A stretch of 64,000 nucleotides of DNA from Gammaproteobacteria bacterium (GTDB taxonomy: Bacteria; Pseudomonadota; Gammaproteobacteria; JBCCGL01): assembly GCA_965277715.1 (NCBI GenBank), contig OZ255836.1, forward strand, positions 1,024,001 to 1,088,000. Direction: 5' to 3'. This document shows positions 48,273 through 59,009 of this stretch, in pieces (within the stretch, counting starts at the first letter, position 1; each line of letters begins with the position of its first letter). The notes beneath the pieces were generated by a model. That model searched no databases, had not been told where the DNA came from, and saw nothing but the letters and a program-made list of their open reading frames with translations. A program made the translations under genes and the position numbers.

Positions 48273-49647
48273 AGCTGATGCGCGGGTCTGCCAGTGCATA
48301 GCAAATATCAGAGAGCAAATAACCCACCAGGGTGAGCACACCACTGACCAATGTGATTGATAGCACCAGTTCGCGATCCCGCCCCTGCACGGCTTCAATC
48401 GCCAGTTTACCCATGCCATCGATACTGAATATTGATTCGACAATAATCGAACCTGCCAACAATCCCGGTAGTAGGCTGGCCGAGACGGTAATCAAGGGCA
48501 GCAAGCTGTTGCGGAATACGTGGTGCCATAGCACAGTGTGCTCATCCACGCCTTTGGCCCGCGCTGTGCGCGTATAATCCGCCAACAGGTTTTCCAATAC
48601 CGCCGAGCGCATTAACCGTGAGAGGAAGGCAAAACCACCGTAACACAGGCAAAAAGTGGGCAGTATCAAATGCCATAAACGGTCGAATAAAAAACCGCGC
48701 ACAAAATCACCTGTGGCAATTTGCACAGCCAGTAAAACCCCAAAAAACATCCCTATTAGGGCAAAGCATGGCACCCGGATAGCCAACGATGAAGTCGTAG
48801 CCAATGTCGCGCCAATACCGACAAACAACAGTGTTAAGCCGCTGTGAAAGACCACACCAGGATACTGGTTGAGTGCCTGGCACATCATCCAGGCGGCCAG
48901 GGTAGACAAAATCACCATGACAGCAAGCCGCAAAGCGGTGTGTGACGATTTGCCCACTACCAACATTAACGCAAGCGAAACAAGTGTGCTGACAAACAGT
49001 TTTACAACATCGCCGCTGGCCTGCCAATGCGGTAAAAACGGCATATCCAAGGCGCTGCGTTCGCTCAGACCGGCTGTTGGAAACCAGTGCCAGTATTGCT
49101 CGCTGGCAAAAAAACCAATCAACAGTACACCGGCCAGTATGGTCGGCACTGACCAAAAGCCCAGCATCACGATATTTGAACCGACATCGAAGCGCCCACC
49201 GCGCTGGGTGGCAGCGCGCACGCCCACGGTAATCGCAATGATATAGATCAGTGGAATCGCCAGGGCATTGAGTAACAGGGTAATCGGCACGCGCTCGGCA
49301 ATTAAATCCCCCACCGGTCTGCCATAGCGAAAGCTGCGCCCCAGGTTGCTCCCTTTGACAAGTGAAAAACCATCGATTTCACCGTCGGTATTATGGGTAA
49401 AACCAATCGGTGAGACGTTGTTTAACCAACGCAGATATTGCAGCGGTGCGGGGGAGTCCAGGCCATAGCGTTTATTGTAATAATCCTCCAGGGCTTTTTT
49501 GGTTTGTGGTTCCAGGTTTTGCCCTTCCACCAGGCTTTGCGCGCTGATGCCGCCAGGTGACAACGCCATCACAGAAAAGACAATGATGGTGATACCGACC
49601 AGGGTCGGCAACATCAACAATAAACGACGGAGAATATACGTTGACAC
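48265..49647 (-). CDS. Peptide ABC transporter permease (OppB/DppB) with an internal hydrophobic insertion
   Basis: YILRRLL, YTRTARAKG, RNSLLP, ESIFS..GMG, DPRI. Confidence 0.9.
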   Translation of the reverse strand: MSTYILRRLLLMLPTLVGITIIVFSVMALSPGGISAQSLVEGQNLEPQTKKALEDYYNKRYGLDSPAPLQYLRWLNNVSPIGFTHNTDGEIDGFSLVKGSNLGRSFRYGRPVGDLIAERVPITLLLNALAIPLIYIIAITVGVRAATQRGGRFDVGSNIVMLGFWSVPTILAGVLLIGFFASEQYWHWFPTAGLSERSALDMPFLPHWQASGDVVKLFVSTLVSLALMLVVGKSSHTALRLAVMVILSTLAAWMMCQALNQYPGVVFHSGLTLLFVGIGATLATTSSLAIRVPCFALIGMFFGVLLAVQIATGDFVRGFLFDRLWHLILPTFCLCYGGFAFLSRLMRSAVLENLLADYTRTARAKGVDEHTVLWHHVFRNSLLPLITVSASLLPGLLAGSIIVESIFSIDGMGKLAIEAVQGRDRELVLSITLVSGVLTLVGYLLSDICYALADPRISYD

Positions 49648-49662
49648 AGAATACCCGCCAGA

Positions 49663-51546
49663 TCAGTCGTGGTATTTTTGTGCATTGGCGGGCACGTAGG
49701 TTTCGATGGGTGTGAAATCGATGTTCAGGCCCAATTTGGTCACTTCAAGGTTTTGCAGGCGTTTATCGACAAACAAGAGGGTTTTGCGCCGCATCAAAAA
49801 AGTATAGGGCTGCTCGCTGTGAATAATACCCTCCGCCTGCCGCCACAGGGCCATGCGGGCATCTTCATCGACACTGGCACGGGCGGCATCGATCAGTTGG
49901 TCGAGCGCCTCACTTTTAAAATGAACAAAATTATCGCCCCGGTCTTGAATCTGTGCACTGTGCAGCATTTGATAAATATCGGTCTCGACACCGCTGGTCC
50001 AGCCTAGCGTGATCGCATCAAAATCGCGCTTATCGATTAAATCAATCATCACCGACCATTCTGTGGCAACAGGCTGCATGACAATACCGGCCTGTGCATA
50101 GAGGTCTTTTAACAACAGCACAATACGCCGGGTATCTTCACTGCCCTGAAAGTAAACCAATTCAAATTCAAAGGCATTGCCAGTGGTATCTTCCAGCACA
50201 CCATCACCGTCACGGTCTTCATAACCCGCTTCACCGAGTAGCTTTAATGCCTTTTCAACACTATAGACGTGCGGTTTCAGGTTTTTATCGTGCTGTGCGC
50301 TGCGCGGGTTAAACGGGCTGATCGCCTGCTCGGCGTAGCCTTGCATAACCTCTTCGATAATCCGCTCGCGGTCGGTTAGCCAGGTCATCGCCTGGCGCAC
50401 ACGCCTGTCGGCAAAGTGGGTGATTGTGTCGCCACGTTTTTGGTTCCAGCCGATATAGCTATAACCGGCAACCGGGTTCATATACTCAAACTGTTGGCTG
50501 TGCCGGGTAAAATCGGGGTCTTCGCGTAGCGACTGGTATTCGCGGGGTCTGGCGAGGTACATATCGATATCACCGTTGCGAAAAGTGGTTAGGCGCGCAT
50601 TGTCATTCTCGATGATTTTCCACAAAATTCGCTCATAGGCAGGCTGTACCGGCCCCCAGTAACGCGGGTTTCGCTGTAACTCGACCAGGCCGATATCGGG
50701 TGTCCAGGCAGTGGGGTCGTTGAGGCGGTATGGCCCCGACCCCATTAGCAACCCTTTTGATTCGTTAAACGTGTGGGGTTGTTCGAGGTATTTTTGGTAA
50801 AAGTGCTGCGGCATAATCTGTAGGCCGCCCGCCAGCGCCATGCTATTAAAATAAGGCGCCCGAAACGTAAATACCACGGTGTATTGATCCGTCGCCACAA
50901 CCGATTCGAGCTTCTCTAAAACGGCCCGTTCACGCGGCGCATTGATCGATGGGTTCATAATAAAATCAAAACTAAACGCCACATCTTCAGCGTCGAGCGG
51001 TTCACCATCGGAAAATGTCACTCCTTCACGCAGTGTAAATGTAATCGTTAACCCATCGGCACTGACATCCCAGGATTTGGCGATATGCCCCTCCCAATCG
51101 AGTGTATCCGGGTTGCGACTGAGCAGTGACTCCAGAACAAAGCTCTGCACTTTTGAGGAATAGGCATCCGCAGACACCAGCGGGGTAATCGTTTTTAAGC
51201 CATTGCCGAAGGCTTTGACCAGCCAGCCACCCGGCGAGTAATCGCCCCTGCCCTGCGCCTGCCGTGCCCGTGCAAACGTCGGTTCTGTATCGTCGATAGA
51301 CGGTATCGTGGTATCTGCCTGCGTATTTGCAGCAGTGGGAACGCCATGCTTGAATTCATTGCGCAAGGTGCGCAAATCTTCGCGTAACGCGCTTAAATCA
51401 CCGGCCTGCTCGACCAGTGTGGTACGCATTCGCGAGAGCATTTCCCACTGCCGGTCGACCATATACATGGACAGCAGAATTAAAACGGCGATGCCGCCCA
51501 GCACGGCGTATAGGAAAAAATCTTTTCGGGAAAAGCGTTGACTCAT
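49663..51546 (-). CDS. Peptide ABC transporter substrate-binding protein (family 5)
   Basis: AKSWDVS.DG.TITF.LREGV.FSDG, GSGPY, D.RVRQA. Confidence 0.9.
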   Translation of the reverse strand: MSQRFSRKDFFLYAVLGGIAVLILLSMYMVDRQWEMLSRMRTTLVEQAGDLSALREDLRTLRNEFKHGVPTAANTQADTTIPSIDDTEPTFARARQAQGRGDYSPGGWLVKAFGNGLKTITPLVSADAYSSKVQSFVLESLLSRNPDTLDWEGHIAKSWDVSADGLTITFTLREGVTFSDGEPLDAEDVAFSFDFIMNPSINAPRERAVLEKLESVVATDQYTVVFTFRAPYFNSMALAGGLQIMPQHFYQKYLEQPHTFNESKGLLMGSGPYRLNDPTAWTPDIGLVELQRNPRYWGPVQPAYERILWKIIENDNARLTTFRNGDIDMYLARPREYQSLREDPDFTRHSQQFEYMNPVAGYSYIGWNQKRGDTITHFADRRVRQAMTWLTDRERIIEEVMQGYAEQAISPFNPRSAQHDKNLKPHVYSVEKALKLLGEAGYEDRDGDGVLEDTTGNAFEFELVYFQGSEDTRRIVLLLKDLYAQAGIVMQPVATEWSVMIDLIDKRDFDAITLGWTSGVETDIYQMLHSAQIQDRGDNFVHFKSEALDQLIDAARASVDEDARMALWRQAEGIIHSEQPYTFLMRRKTLLFVDKRLQNLEVTKLGLNIDFTPIETYVPANAQKYHD

Positions 51547-51675
51547 GCAAATATTCCGGGGTCGGTATTCACCTGGCAATCACTCTCTACAGGATGTGAA
51601 CAGTGAGTGAGTATGGTGACATAGGTCACAGTGGTTTAAACTACAAACACGATTAAAACATAAAAGCACAGGAGC

Positions 51676-52467
51676 ATGAACATGGGTTTTCTAAGCGGCA
51701 AACGCGCGTTAATTTCAGGGGTTGCCAGCAAGCGCTCTATCGCCTGGGGTATAGCACAATCCATGCACCGGGAAGGTGCCGAATTGGCTTTTACCTACCA
51801 GGGCGAGCGGCTGAAAGACCGCGTTGTTGCGCTCGCTGCCGACTGTGGCTCTGACGTGGTATTGCCCTGCAATGTAGAGAGCGACGATGAAATCGCCGCC
51901 ACCTTTTCGCAATTGGGCGAACGTTGGGACTCGCTGGATATATTAGTCCATTCCATTGCCTTTGCACCGGGCGATCAACTCGAAGGGGACTTTCTGGACA
52001 ATATCAACCGCGATGGTTTTCGCATCGCCCACGAAATAAGCTCCTACAGCTTCGCCGCTATGGCAAAACAGGCCCGGCCACTGATGGCAGGGCGGGACGC
52101 CTCACTCATCACCCTCACCTACCTCGGCGCAGTACAGGCACTGCCCAATTACAATGTAATGGGCCTGGCCAAAGCCAGCCTCGAAGCAAATACACGTTAC
52201 CTGGCCAGCTCGCTTGGCCCGCAAGGTATCCGCGTCAACGCTATCTCTGCGGGTCCGTTGAGAACTCTGGCGGCAGCGGGCATCGCCGATTTCAGAAAAC
52301 TGCTGGAATACGTGGAAAACACCGCCCCCCTGCGCCGCAATGTCACCATTGAACAAGTGGGGGATACCGCCGCCTTTCTGGGTTCAGATTTATCGGCGGG
52401 AATTACCGGGCAGGTAATTTATGTCGATAGTGGGTATAACACAGTGGGTATGCCTAATCCGAACTAA
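51676..52467 (+). CDS. fabI: Enoyl-ACP reductase
   Basis: [36 protein letters not shown]. Confidence 0.95.
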   Translation: MNMGFLSGKRALISGVASKRSIAWGIAQSMHREGAELAFTYQGERLKDRVVALAADCGSDVVLPCNVESDDEIAATFSQLGERWDSLDILVHSIAFAPGDQLEGDFLDNINRDGFRIAHEISSYSFAAMAKQARPLMAGRDASLITLTYLGAVQALPNYNVMGLAKASLEANTRYLASSLGPQGIRVNAISAGPLRTLAAAGIADFRKLLEYVENTAPLRRNVTIEQVGDTAAFLGSDLSAGITGQVIYVDSGYNTVGMPNPN

Positions 52468-52592
52468 AGGTTTACCGATAGGGACGCACATAGTGCGTCT
52501 CTCTATAGAGAACCATTGCAATGCCCAACAAGCCTAAAATTGCAATGAGATTATTTTTTGTTGGACTGCCTACTCGTTTAATCACAATAGTT

Positions 52593-53531
52593 TTATCTAC
52601 CTGGTAAAAGCTCGTGTCTCCATGGGGGATTTGCACCCGCACGACAAACGGTAATTGTCGCCACTTGTGTAGCAAAATCTAACGCTTCTTCAATAGCATC
52701 AGAAGAAATGCCCAATAACCTGTCCTTTTGAAGTTCACCTAACGCTGAAAGCTTTGCCATCAAACCGGCGTTAAACGTATCGCCCGCCCCAATAGTATCG
52801 ATGACATCGACTGTTATAGCCGGTACTGATACCTGGTGCTTGTTTCCAAAATAGGCTCGCGAACCGCCCTCTCCGAGAGTCAGTATTACCACCTTCGGCC
52901 CGGCTGATCGCAGTGTATTAAGTTTTTCGTCAATCGATTGTGGTTCTGGATATATCCAGTTCAAATCTTCATCAGACACTTTTACTATATCGGATACGGC
53001 GATCATTCGATTCAGCCTATTTCTGTACAGCGCGACATCGCGGATGAAATTAGGCCTGATATTGGGGTCGAGCATAATGACCCTTGAATTCGAATTGCCC
53101 TCGGCTAGAGCGACATAAGCTTCAGCACAGGGTTCGCATGCCAAGCTTATTCCACCAAGATACAGTGCGGTTATATCCTCTGTGATTTTTTGAATGTCTT
53201 CTGGGTAGAGCATCCGGCCCGCTGAATTCTCATCAAAGAACATGTAAGCGGCCTGACCATCTGTAATCTGTACAAAAGCCAGTGTTGAGGGCCTATCGCT
53301 ATTAATCAGTAAACGTGTATCGACATTGCTTGCGACCAGAAAATCGGTCAGTTGCTGACCAAATAAATCATTGGATATACCGGACAACAGACCGACCTCC
53401 ACACCGAGACGACCCAATGCAATCGACGTATTGAAAATCGCCCCACCGGAATGAGGAACATACCCTGTATCACCGTTGTCAGTGGGCGTCGGAATCATGT
53501 CAATTAGCGCTTCACCACAACATAAAATCAT
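52593..53531 (-). CDS. PfkB family carbohydrate kinase (fructokinase-like)
   Basis: GEALID, DPNIRP, KVSDED, DTIGAGDTF. Confidence 0.9.
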   Translation of the reverse strand: MILCCGEALIDMIPTPTDNGDTGYVPHSGGAIFNTSIALGRLGVEVGLLSGISNDLFGQQLTDFLVASNVDTRLLINSDRPSTLAFVQITDGQAAYMFFDENSAGRMLYPEDIQKITEDITALYLGGISLACEPCAEAYVALAEGNSNSRVIMLDPNIRPNFIRDVALYRNRLNRMIAVSDIVKVSDEDLNWIYPEPQSIDEKLNTLRSAGPKVVILTLGEGGSRAYFGNKHQVSVPAITVDVIDTIGAGDTFNAGLMAKLSALGELQKDRLLGISSDAIEEALDFATQVATITVCRAGANPPWRHELLPGR

Positions 53532-53568
53532 TTTTTATTACCACTTTGTGCGATGACAATGAAACACC

Positions 53569-54627
53569 TTATTGGCCTTGCTCAACATCAATATCGATGC
53601 GCAACCCTGTTGACTTGTTAAAACGATGTACGTGCTCCGGTTGTACATCGAACGAAAGCGTATCGCCTATTTCAGCATTGGGCGGATGCGCCATTTTCAC
53701 AATAAAGTCTGTTCCGATTTGGCACGTCATATGAGCGAGCGCATATTCACCCAGTTGCTCCACTAGTTCGAGTTTACCGTCGACGATCGCCTCGTTCGGT
53801 TCACAATGGCGTAAATGCTCGGGGCGGATACCCACAAACTCATCCACTGAAATGGTTTTGGCAAGTCGGGAATGGGTATTTTTAGCCAAATCATCGACAC
53901 TGAAGAAATTCATTTTTGGACTGCCGATAAACTGTGCGACAAATGTATTGGCTGGCCGCTTGTACAACGCTATGGGGGTGCCGATCTGTTCGATGTTACC
54001 GCTTTTTAGCACAACGATTTTGTCGGCCAACGTCATCGCTTCGATTTGGTCGTGAGTGACGTAGATCATCGTCGCACCCAATAACTTGTGCAAACGCGCA
54101 ATCTCCAGGCGGGTTTGCACCCGAAGCGCCGCATCGAGATTTGACAGTGGTTCGTCAAACAGGAACACCTCGGGCTCACGCACGATAGCGCGGCCAATAG
54201 CGACCCGTTGGCGCTGCCCGCCGGACAATGCACGGGGCGTCCGCTCAAGCAGCTCGGTGATATGGAGAACCTCAGCGGCAGCACTTACGCGGCGTTGAAT
54301 TTCATCCGCAGGGGTCTTAGCTTGCTTCAAGCCAAACGCCATATTATTGAAAACAGTCATGTGTGGGTAGAGCGCATAGGTCTGAAAAACCATCGCCACA
54401 CCCCGCTTTGAAGGTGCCACCTCGTTCACGACTGTTTCACCGATAGAGACATTGCCTTCGGTAATGTCTTCAAGACCGGCGATCATACGAAGCAGCGTGG
54501 ATTTGCCACAGCCAGATGGACCGACAAATACAACGAATTCGCCGTCAGCGATATCCAGGTCAATACCGTGCACGACCTGCGTGCTGCCATAAGATTTAGA
54601 GACGTTTTTTATCGTTACACTGGCCAT
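53569..54627 (-). CDS. Polyol ABC transporter ATP-binding protein (SmoK/MtlK-like)
   Basis: GPSGCGKS, LSGGQRQR, DEPLSNLD. Confidence 0.92.
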   Translation of the reverse strand: MASVTIKNVSKSYGSTQVVHGIDLDIADGEFVVFVGPSGCGKSTLLRMIAGLEDITEGNVSIGETVVNEVAPSKRGVAMVFQTYALYPHMTVFNNMAFGLKQAKTPADEIQRRVSAAAEVLHITELLERTPRALSGGQRQRVAIGRAIVREPEVFLFDEPLSNLDAALRVQTRLEIARLHKLLGATMIYVTHDQIEAMTLADKIVVLKSGNIEQIGTPIALYKRPANTFVAQFIGSPKMNFFSVDDLAKNTHSRLAKTISVDEFVGIRPEHLRHCEPNEAIVDGKLELVEQLGEYALAHMTCQIGTDFIVKMAHPPNAEIGDTLSFDVQPEHVHRFNKSTGLRIDIDVEQGQ

Positions 54628-56033
54628 TTCTTTTCCATCTTTTTAATTGATGCGATGACGCTGGGTACGAAATCGGGGAATGTGCTCGGCATGCTTGCCC
54701 AGAGCTGCGGTAAACGTGCAAAAGCCTCTTCCTGCCCTGTGGCGAGCAAGGGAAGAAGCGATTCCCAGTTAGGTTCATGGTACGTCACAGGCATCACCCC
54801 ATTAGCAAATCGGCGTGCGTAGACGTACCAACTGGCGATGCAGTCGTATCCAAATTGCGGGACAATACCTTGGGTCAGGCAACTCTCCAGTGTTGGATGT
54901 ACAAATAAGGGTAATTTGGAAAAACCGTCCATGCAAATTCGCTCCAGTGAATCGGCTATGGCAGCGTTGCTGAAACGCGCCGCTACTTTATCGAGATAAG
55001 CGTATTTATCGAAAGGTAGATCGGTATTCAGGCCAGGTAAAACCTCTTGCTGTTCCCAACCATCAAAATGTGCACGCATCTGAGGGTCGCGCATTGCTTC
55101 GTCAAATGTTGTCTTGCCAGCCAGTGCTGCCAGGTAGGCAAGACCAGAGTGTCCTCCATTGAGGATGCGAATCTTGGCTTCTTCATACGGAGTAACATCT
55201 TCGACTACCTCCACCCCCGCTTTGCCGATATCCGGGAACCCCACGGCAAGCTTGTCTTCCAACACCCATTGTATAAAGGCCTCTCCATGAATAGGGCTAA
55301 GTACCCGCCCCGGAAAGCATTTATCAATTTCGTTTTCCAATTTCTCACTCGTGCTTGGTGTTATACGGTCAACCATTGAGCAGGGGAATACGGCTTTAGC
55401 GCGCACCCATTCAGCGAGATCGAAACGATTGCTCAATTCAAGATACGATAGAAAGTTTCGCTCCAGCATTTGACCGTTTGCGCGGATATTGTCGCAGCAA
55501 AGAATCGAAATAGGATGGTCAGTCTCTTTTGCACGAAGCTCAAGCCCACGAGCAAGATAAGCGTAAATCGATGAGTGCGCACCTTCGGTAATTTCACGGC
55601 TGATGATCGGGTCATCCAAGTTAAGCGATCCCTCGTCGTCGAGGTAGTAGCCGCTCTCGGTAACGGTGATGGTAACTGCATGAACGCTCGGACATGCAAG
55701 CAGCGCCTCCGCAGCCGCCTTATCGACAGACCAATCGGTGAATGACAAATGTGGGCGTACCAAACGAAAATGAGTATCACCTACAGGGCTAATGGCCTTC
55801 AATAAATAACCGTCGTCCGCTCGTGCGGTTTGCGCAAATGTTGCCGCCTCGGAACTGCGCAGGTTTACGGCGGCAATGCCCCAATTCAAGTCACCGGATA
55901 ATTCCATGTAATCATCGAAAAACACCGCTTGGTGAGCCCTGTGAAAGGCACCGTAGCCGACGTGAACCACGCCTATATTGCAGTTTGCACGATCATAAGT
56001 CGTACTAAACAGTGTTGTGCAATCTTGAGTCAT
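54615..56033 (-). CDS. Mannitol/D-arabitol dehydrogenase family protein
   Basis: HVGYGAFHRAHQ, TVTESGY, CDNI, MVDRITP, KIRILNGGH. Confidence 0.88.
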   Translation of the reverse strand: MTQDCTTLFSTTYDRANCNIGVVHVGYGAFHRAHQAVFFDDYMELSGDLNWGIAAVNLRSSEAATFAQTARADDGYLLKAISPVGDTHFRLVRPHLSFTDWSVDKAAAEALLACPSVHAVTITVTESGYYLDDEGSLNLDDPIISREITEGAHSSIYAYLARGLELRAKETDHPISILCCDNIRANGQMLERNFLSYLELSNRFDLAEWVRAKAVFPCSMVDRITPSTSEKLENEIDKCFPGRVLSPIHGEAFIQWVLEDKLAVGFPDIGKAGVEVVEDVTPYEEAKIRILNGGHSGLAYLAALAGKTTFDEAMRDPQMRAHFDGWEQQEVLPGLNTDLPFDKYAYLDKVAARFSNAAIADSLERICMDGFSKLPLFVHPTLESCLTQGIVPQFGYDCIASWYVYARRFANGVMPVTYHEPNWESLLPLLATGQEEAFARLPQLWASMPSTFPDFVPSVIASIKKMEKKWPV

Positions 56034-56929
56034 TGAGTATCAACTTCTTTTAGCATCAATTCTGACCGCGCCTGTTCCCGATAAGCTGTCGGCGTCATGT
56101 TCTTCATTCGCAGAAATTGACGATTAAAATTAGCGAGGTTTTTAAATCCAACCTCGTAGCAAATAGACGAAACCTGCTCGTCCGTGGAGTACAGCATTGA
56201 ACAGGCTTGCCCGATGCGCACCCGGTTTACAAATTCGATAAAGCGATTGCCAGTATGCTTCTGAAAATGCCGGGAAAATGCCGTGTGGCTCATTCCGGCA
56301 ATCTCCGCCGCTTTTTCCAGCGACATGTCCATACCAAAGTTCTTGGTGATGTAGTCGATAACATCGGCGATACGTGTCTGCTTGCTATTGCCTTCAGGTT
56401 GAGTCAATTTGACGACAGAGAGCATTTTTTTCTCAACATGCGCATTCACGTGAACGAGAAGTTTCAAGAAAGCGACAATCCGCTCCAGGCCCATCGCGTC
56501 ACGAATAGTTTGAAAGTGCTCTATTGCCACAGTGGGGCTGAACCTGACGAATTCGATACCCGACCGGGCAAGTTCAAACATCTGCTCCATTTCCCGGAAT
56601 TCAGGGAAGGCGTGCAATAAACTATCAATGCTGTCCTGATTGAACTGCACAACCATGTCGCGCAATGCCGCCTTGGAGGGAAAAACATTGTCAGTAATCC
56701 AATTATGTGGCAACTTTGGGCCAGTCAAAAACAGTGATCCCGGTTTGAAATCACCCACGTAGTCACCGACGAATACCTTACCTGTCGTCGCAGTAATCAA
56801 GTGCAGTTCATACTCTTCGTGACTGTGCCATCGGCACAGCTCACTCGGCCAACCGTGTTCCAGGTAGCGAATACTTTCCACTGCACGGTCGACATACTCT
56901 ATCTCTGCGACAATGGTAGACATGTGCAC
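56030..56929 (-). CDS. AraC family regulator (MtlR-like)
   Basis: WHSHEEYELH cupin domain; C-terminal GF.NLANFNRQF HTH. Confidence 0.88.
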   Translation of the reverse strand: MHMSTIVAEIEYVDRAVESIRYLEHGWPSELCRWHSHEEYELHLITATTGKVFVGDYVGDFKPGSLFLTGPKLPHNWITDNVFPSKAALRDMVVQFNQDSIDSLLHAFPEFREMEQMFELARSGIEFVRFSPTVAIEHFQTIRDAMGLERIVAFLKLLVHVNAHVEKKMLSVVKLTQPEGNSKQTRIADVIDYITKNFGMDMSLEKAAEIAGMSHTAFSRHFQKHTGNRFIEFVNRVRIGQACSMLYSTDEQVSSICYEVGFKNLANFNRQFLRMKNMTPTAYREQARSELMLKEVDTQ

Positions 56930-56977
56930 TACCTCAACACGTTGCCGCCATCGGCGCTGCTCGCCAGGGCCGCAATG

Positions 56978-57808
56978 TCACTTCACCGCTCCAAAGGTTA
57001 GTCCTTGAACCAGTTGTTTTTGGGTAAACCAACCGAACACGACAATGGGTGCGCAGGCCAATGTCGATACCGCCGATAGCTTGGCCCAAAACAACCCCTC
57101 CGGGCTCGAAAACGACGCAACGAGAGCAACGAGCGTGCCCGCATCCGATGAGGTCAGAGTGATCGACCAAAACGCTTCGTTCCAAAGAAGGACAATGGAC
57201 AAAAGCGCGGTTGAGGCAATCCCGCCCTTAGCCAACGGCATAACAACCTGTGTGATTTCATTGAAAGTCGAGGTGCCATCCATACGGCTAGCTTCGAGTA
57301 TTTCTTTGGGAATCTCGCGAAAATAGTTGAACAAAATCATCATGATAATCGGCAGGTTGATAAGTGCGAAAATCACAATAAGCGCTATCCGCGTATCCAA
57401 TAGTGCCAATTTTTGGCAGATTAGATAAATCGGCATCAACACACCAACCGCTGGCAGCATTTTGGTCGAAAGCATCCATAATAAGATGTCCTTGGTCCAA
57501 CGGCTTGGGTTGAAGGCCATGGCATAAGCGGCGGGGATCGCAATCAGTGATGCCAATAAGGTACCGCCGAAGCTAGTGATGACTGAGTTCAGCGCATAAC
57601 GGAAATAGTCTGTACGCTCTTCAATTAGCGCAAAATTTTCCAATGTTGGTTCAAAAATCAATGTCGGTGGAACCGCAATGGCTTCAAGTTCCGTCTTAAA
57701 GCTGGTCAGTACCATCCAGAAAATCGGGAAGAAAAAGAGAAGCGCGACCACCCAAGCACAAACGGCCGCGAGCCTGTTCAATATTATTTCTTGCTGCTTA
57801 TCGGTCAT
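56978..57808 (-). CDS. Polyol ABC transporter permease (SmoG/MtlG-like)
   Basis: LTSFKTE, MLSTKMLP, EAS.MDG, GLFWAKLSA, QLVQGLTFGAVK. Confidence 0.9.
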   Translation of the reverse strand: MTDKQQEIILNRLAAVCAWVVALLFFFPIFWMVLTSFKTELEAIAVPPTLIFEPTLENFALIEERTDYFRYALNSVITSFGGTLLASLIAIPAAYAMAFNPSRWTKDILLWMLSTKMLPAVGVLMPIYLICQKLALLDTRIALIVIFALINLPIIMMILFNYFREIPKEILEASRMDGTSTFNEITQVVMPLAKGGIASTALLSIVLLWNEAFWSITLTSSDAGTLVALVASFSSPEGLFWAKLSAVSTLACAPIVVFGWFTQKQLVQGLTFGAVK

Positions 57809-57809
57809 A

Positions 57810-58673
57810 TCACGACACCGTCAGGTTCTTGCCAATCAAACGAATAAGGAAAAACGCCACAATGTTAGCCAAAATAATCGCAAATACTCCGCCAGCGGAG
57901 GAGACCCCAATATCAAACCCCTGTAGGGCCTGGGCAAAAATGAGAAAGGTCAAGTTCGTTGAACTGGTTCCCGGCCCACCGCCGGTGGTGACGAAAATTT
58001 CAGCAAAAATCGACAAATGAAAAATCATTTGAATCAACAGCACAATCGCAATTGGCCGGGCCAGATGCGGTAGAGTCAAATGCCAGAATTGAGCCCAGAA
58101 GCCTGCACCATCCAAAAGGGCGGCTTCCTTTTGTTCGTGATCTTGACTTTGCAATGACGTCATGAAAATAAGGATTGCAAAAGGCGTCCATTGCCAGCTG
58201 ACGATAATGATAATCGACAACAACGGATATTGTGCCAACCAATCCACCGGGTCGGCACCAATAGCTTGTGCGACGACAGCAAAGAGGCCGTAAATGGGGT
58301 TCATCATCATGTTTTTCCATAGCAGCGCATTAACTGTAGGCATGATAAAAAAGGGAGAAATTAACATGACCCGGACAATGCCCCTGCCCAGAAACGGTCG
58401 ATTTATCAAAAGTGCAATGGCAAGGCCAAGGATAACGGAAATGGCCAAAACTGAACCCACCAGCAAAAGTGTGTTTAATACCGCTGGCCAGAAAGTCGGA
58501 TCGGTATAGAAAAAGTCATAATTGGACCAACCAACGAATCCAGACCGCTCGGGATAGAGGAGATGGTAGCGAATTGTTGAAAAATAGATGGTCATACTCA
58601 GTGGCACAAGCATCCATACCAGCAAAACAATAATGCTCGGCGCTTGCAACCATCTGACAAGTGTTCTATTCAT
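57810..58673 (-). CDS. Polyol ABC transporter permease (SmoF/MtlF-like)
   Basis: WMLVPL, WQWTPFA, EAALLDGA, TGGGPG. Confidence 0.9.
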   Translation of the reverse strand: MNRTLVRWLQAPSIIVLLVWMLVPLSMTIYFSTIRYHLLYPERSGFVGWSNYDFFYTDPTFWPAVLNTLLLVGSVLAISVILGLAIALLINRPFLGRGIVRVMLISPFFIMPTVNALLWKNMMMNPIYGLFAVVAQAIGADPVDWLAQYPLLSIIIIVSWQWTPFAILIFMTSLQSQDHEQKEAALLDGAGFWAQFWHLTLPHLARPIAIVLLIQMIFHLSIFAEIFVTTGGGPGTSSTNLTFLIFAQALQGFDIGVSSAGGVFAIILANIVAFFLIRLIGKNLTVS

Positions 58674-58781
58674 TCGTCTACTCCTGTCTAGGTCTCATGT
58701 ATTAACTTGCATACAAGTAAATTAAATACATAGGATCTAGCTTTGAACGTTGACATACAAGCTAGGAACAGTGAAAAGAAA

Positions 58782-58984
58782 CCGGGCGGCGCGAGTACAC
58801 CGTCTACTTTCTTATATTGGCGTGTTCAGTTAGCCCACAAGCGTGACAGAGCAAGGCGTTGGTTAGTAAAAACAACGTAGCTATGGTGCGCTTGTGGGTT
58901 AACCCCTCATGTAAAACTAATGGGTTGGGCGTTGCGCTGAACCCGCCAATATAAGGCAAACGGTGTACTAGGCACGTCACCCGT
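58782..58984. other. About 200-nt branched inverted-repeat structure between the SBP and permease genes
   Basis: Paired segments AGTACACCGT/ACGGTGTACT, CTTATATTGGCG/CGCCAATATAAG, GTTCAG/CTGAAC, CCCACAAGCG/CGCTTGTGGG. Confidence 0.7.
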
Positions 58985-59009
58985 ATTGAGGTATAAGCAC
59001 TATAGGTGC

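Noticed and set aside
58782-58984. 6S RNA
   Set aside because: Size is similar, but the fold is branched, the context is not zapA-ygfA, and I could not see the conserved 6S motifs
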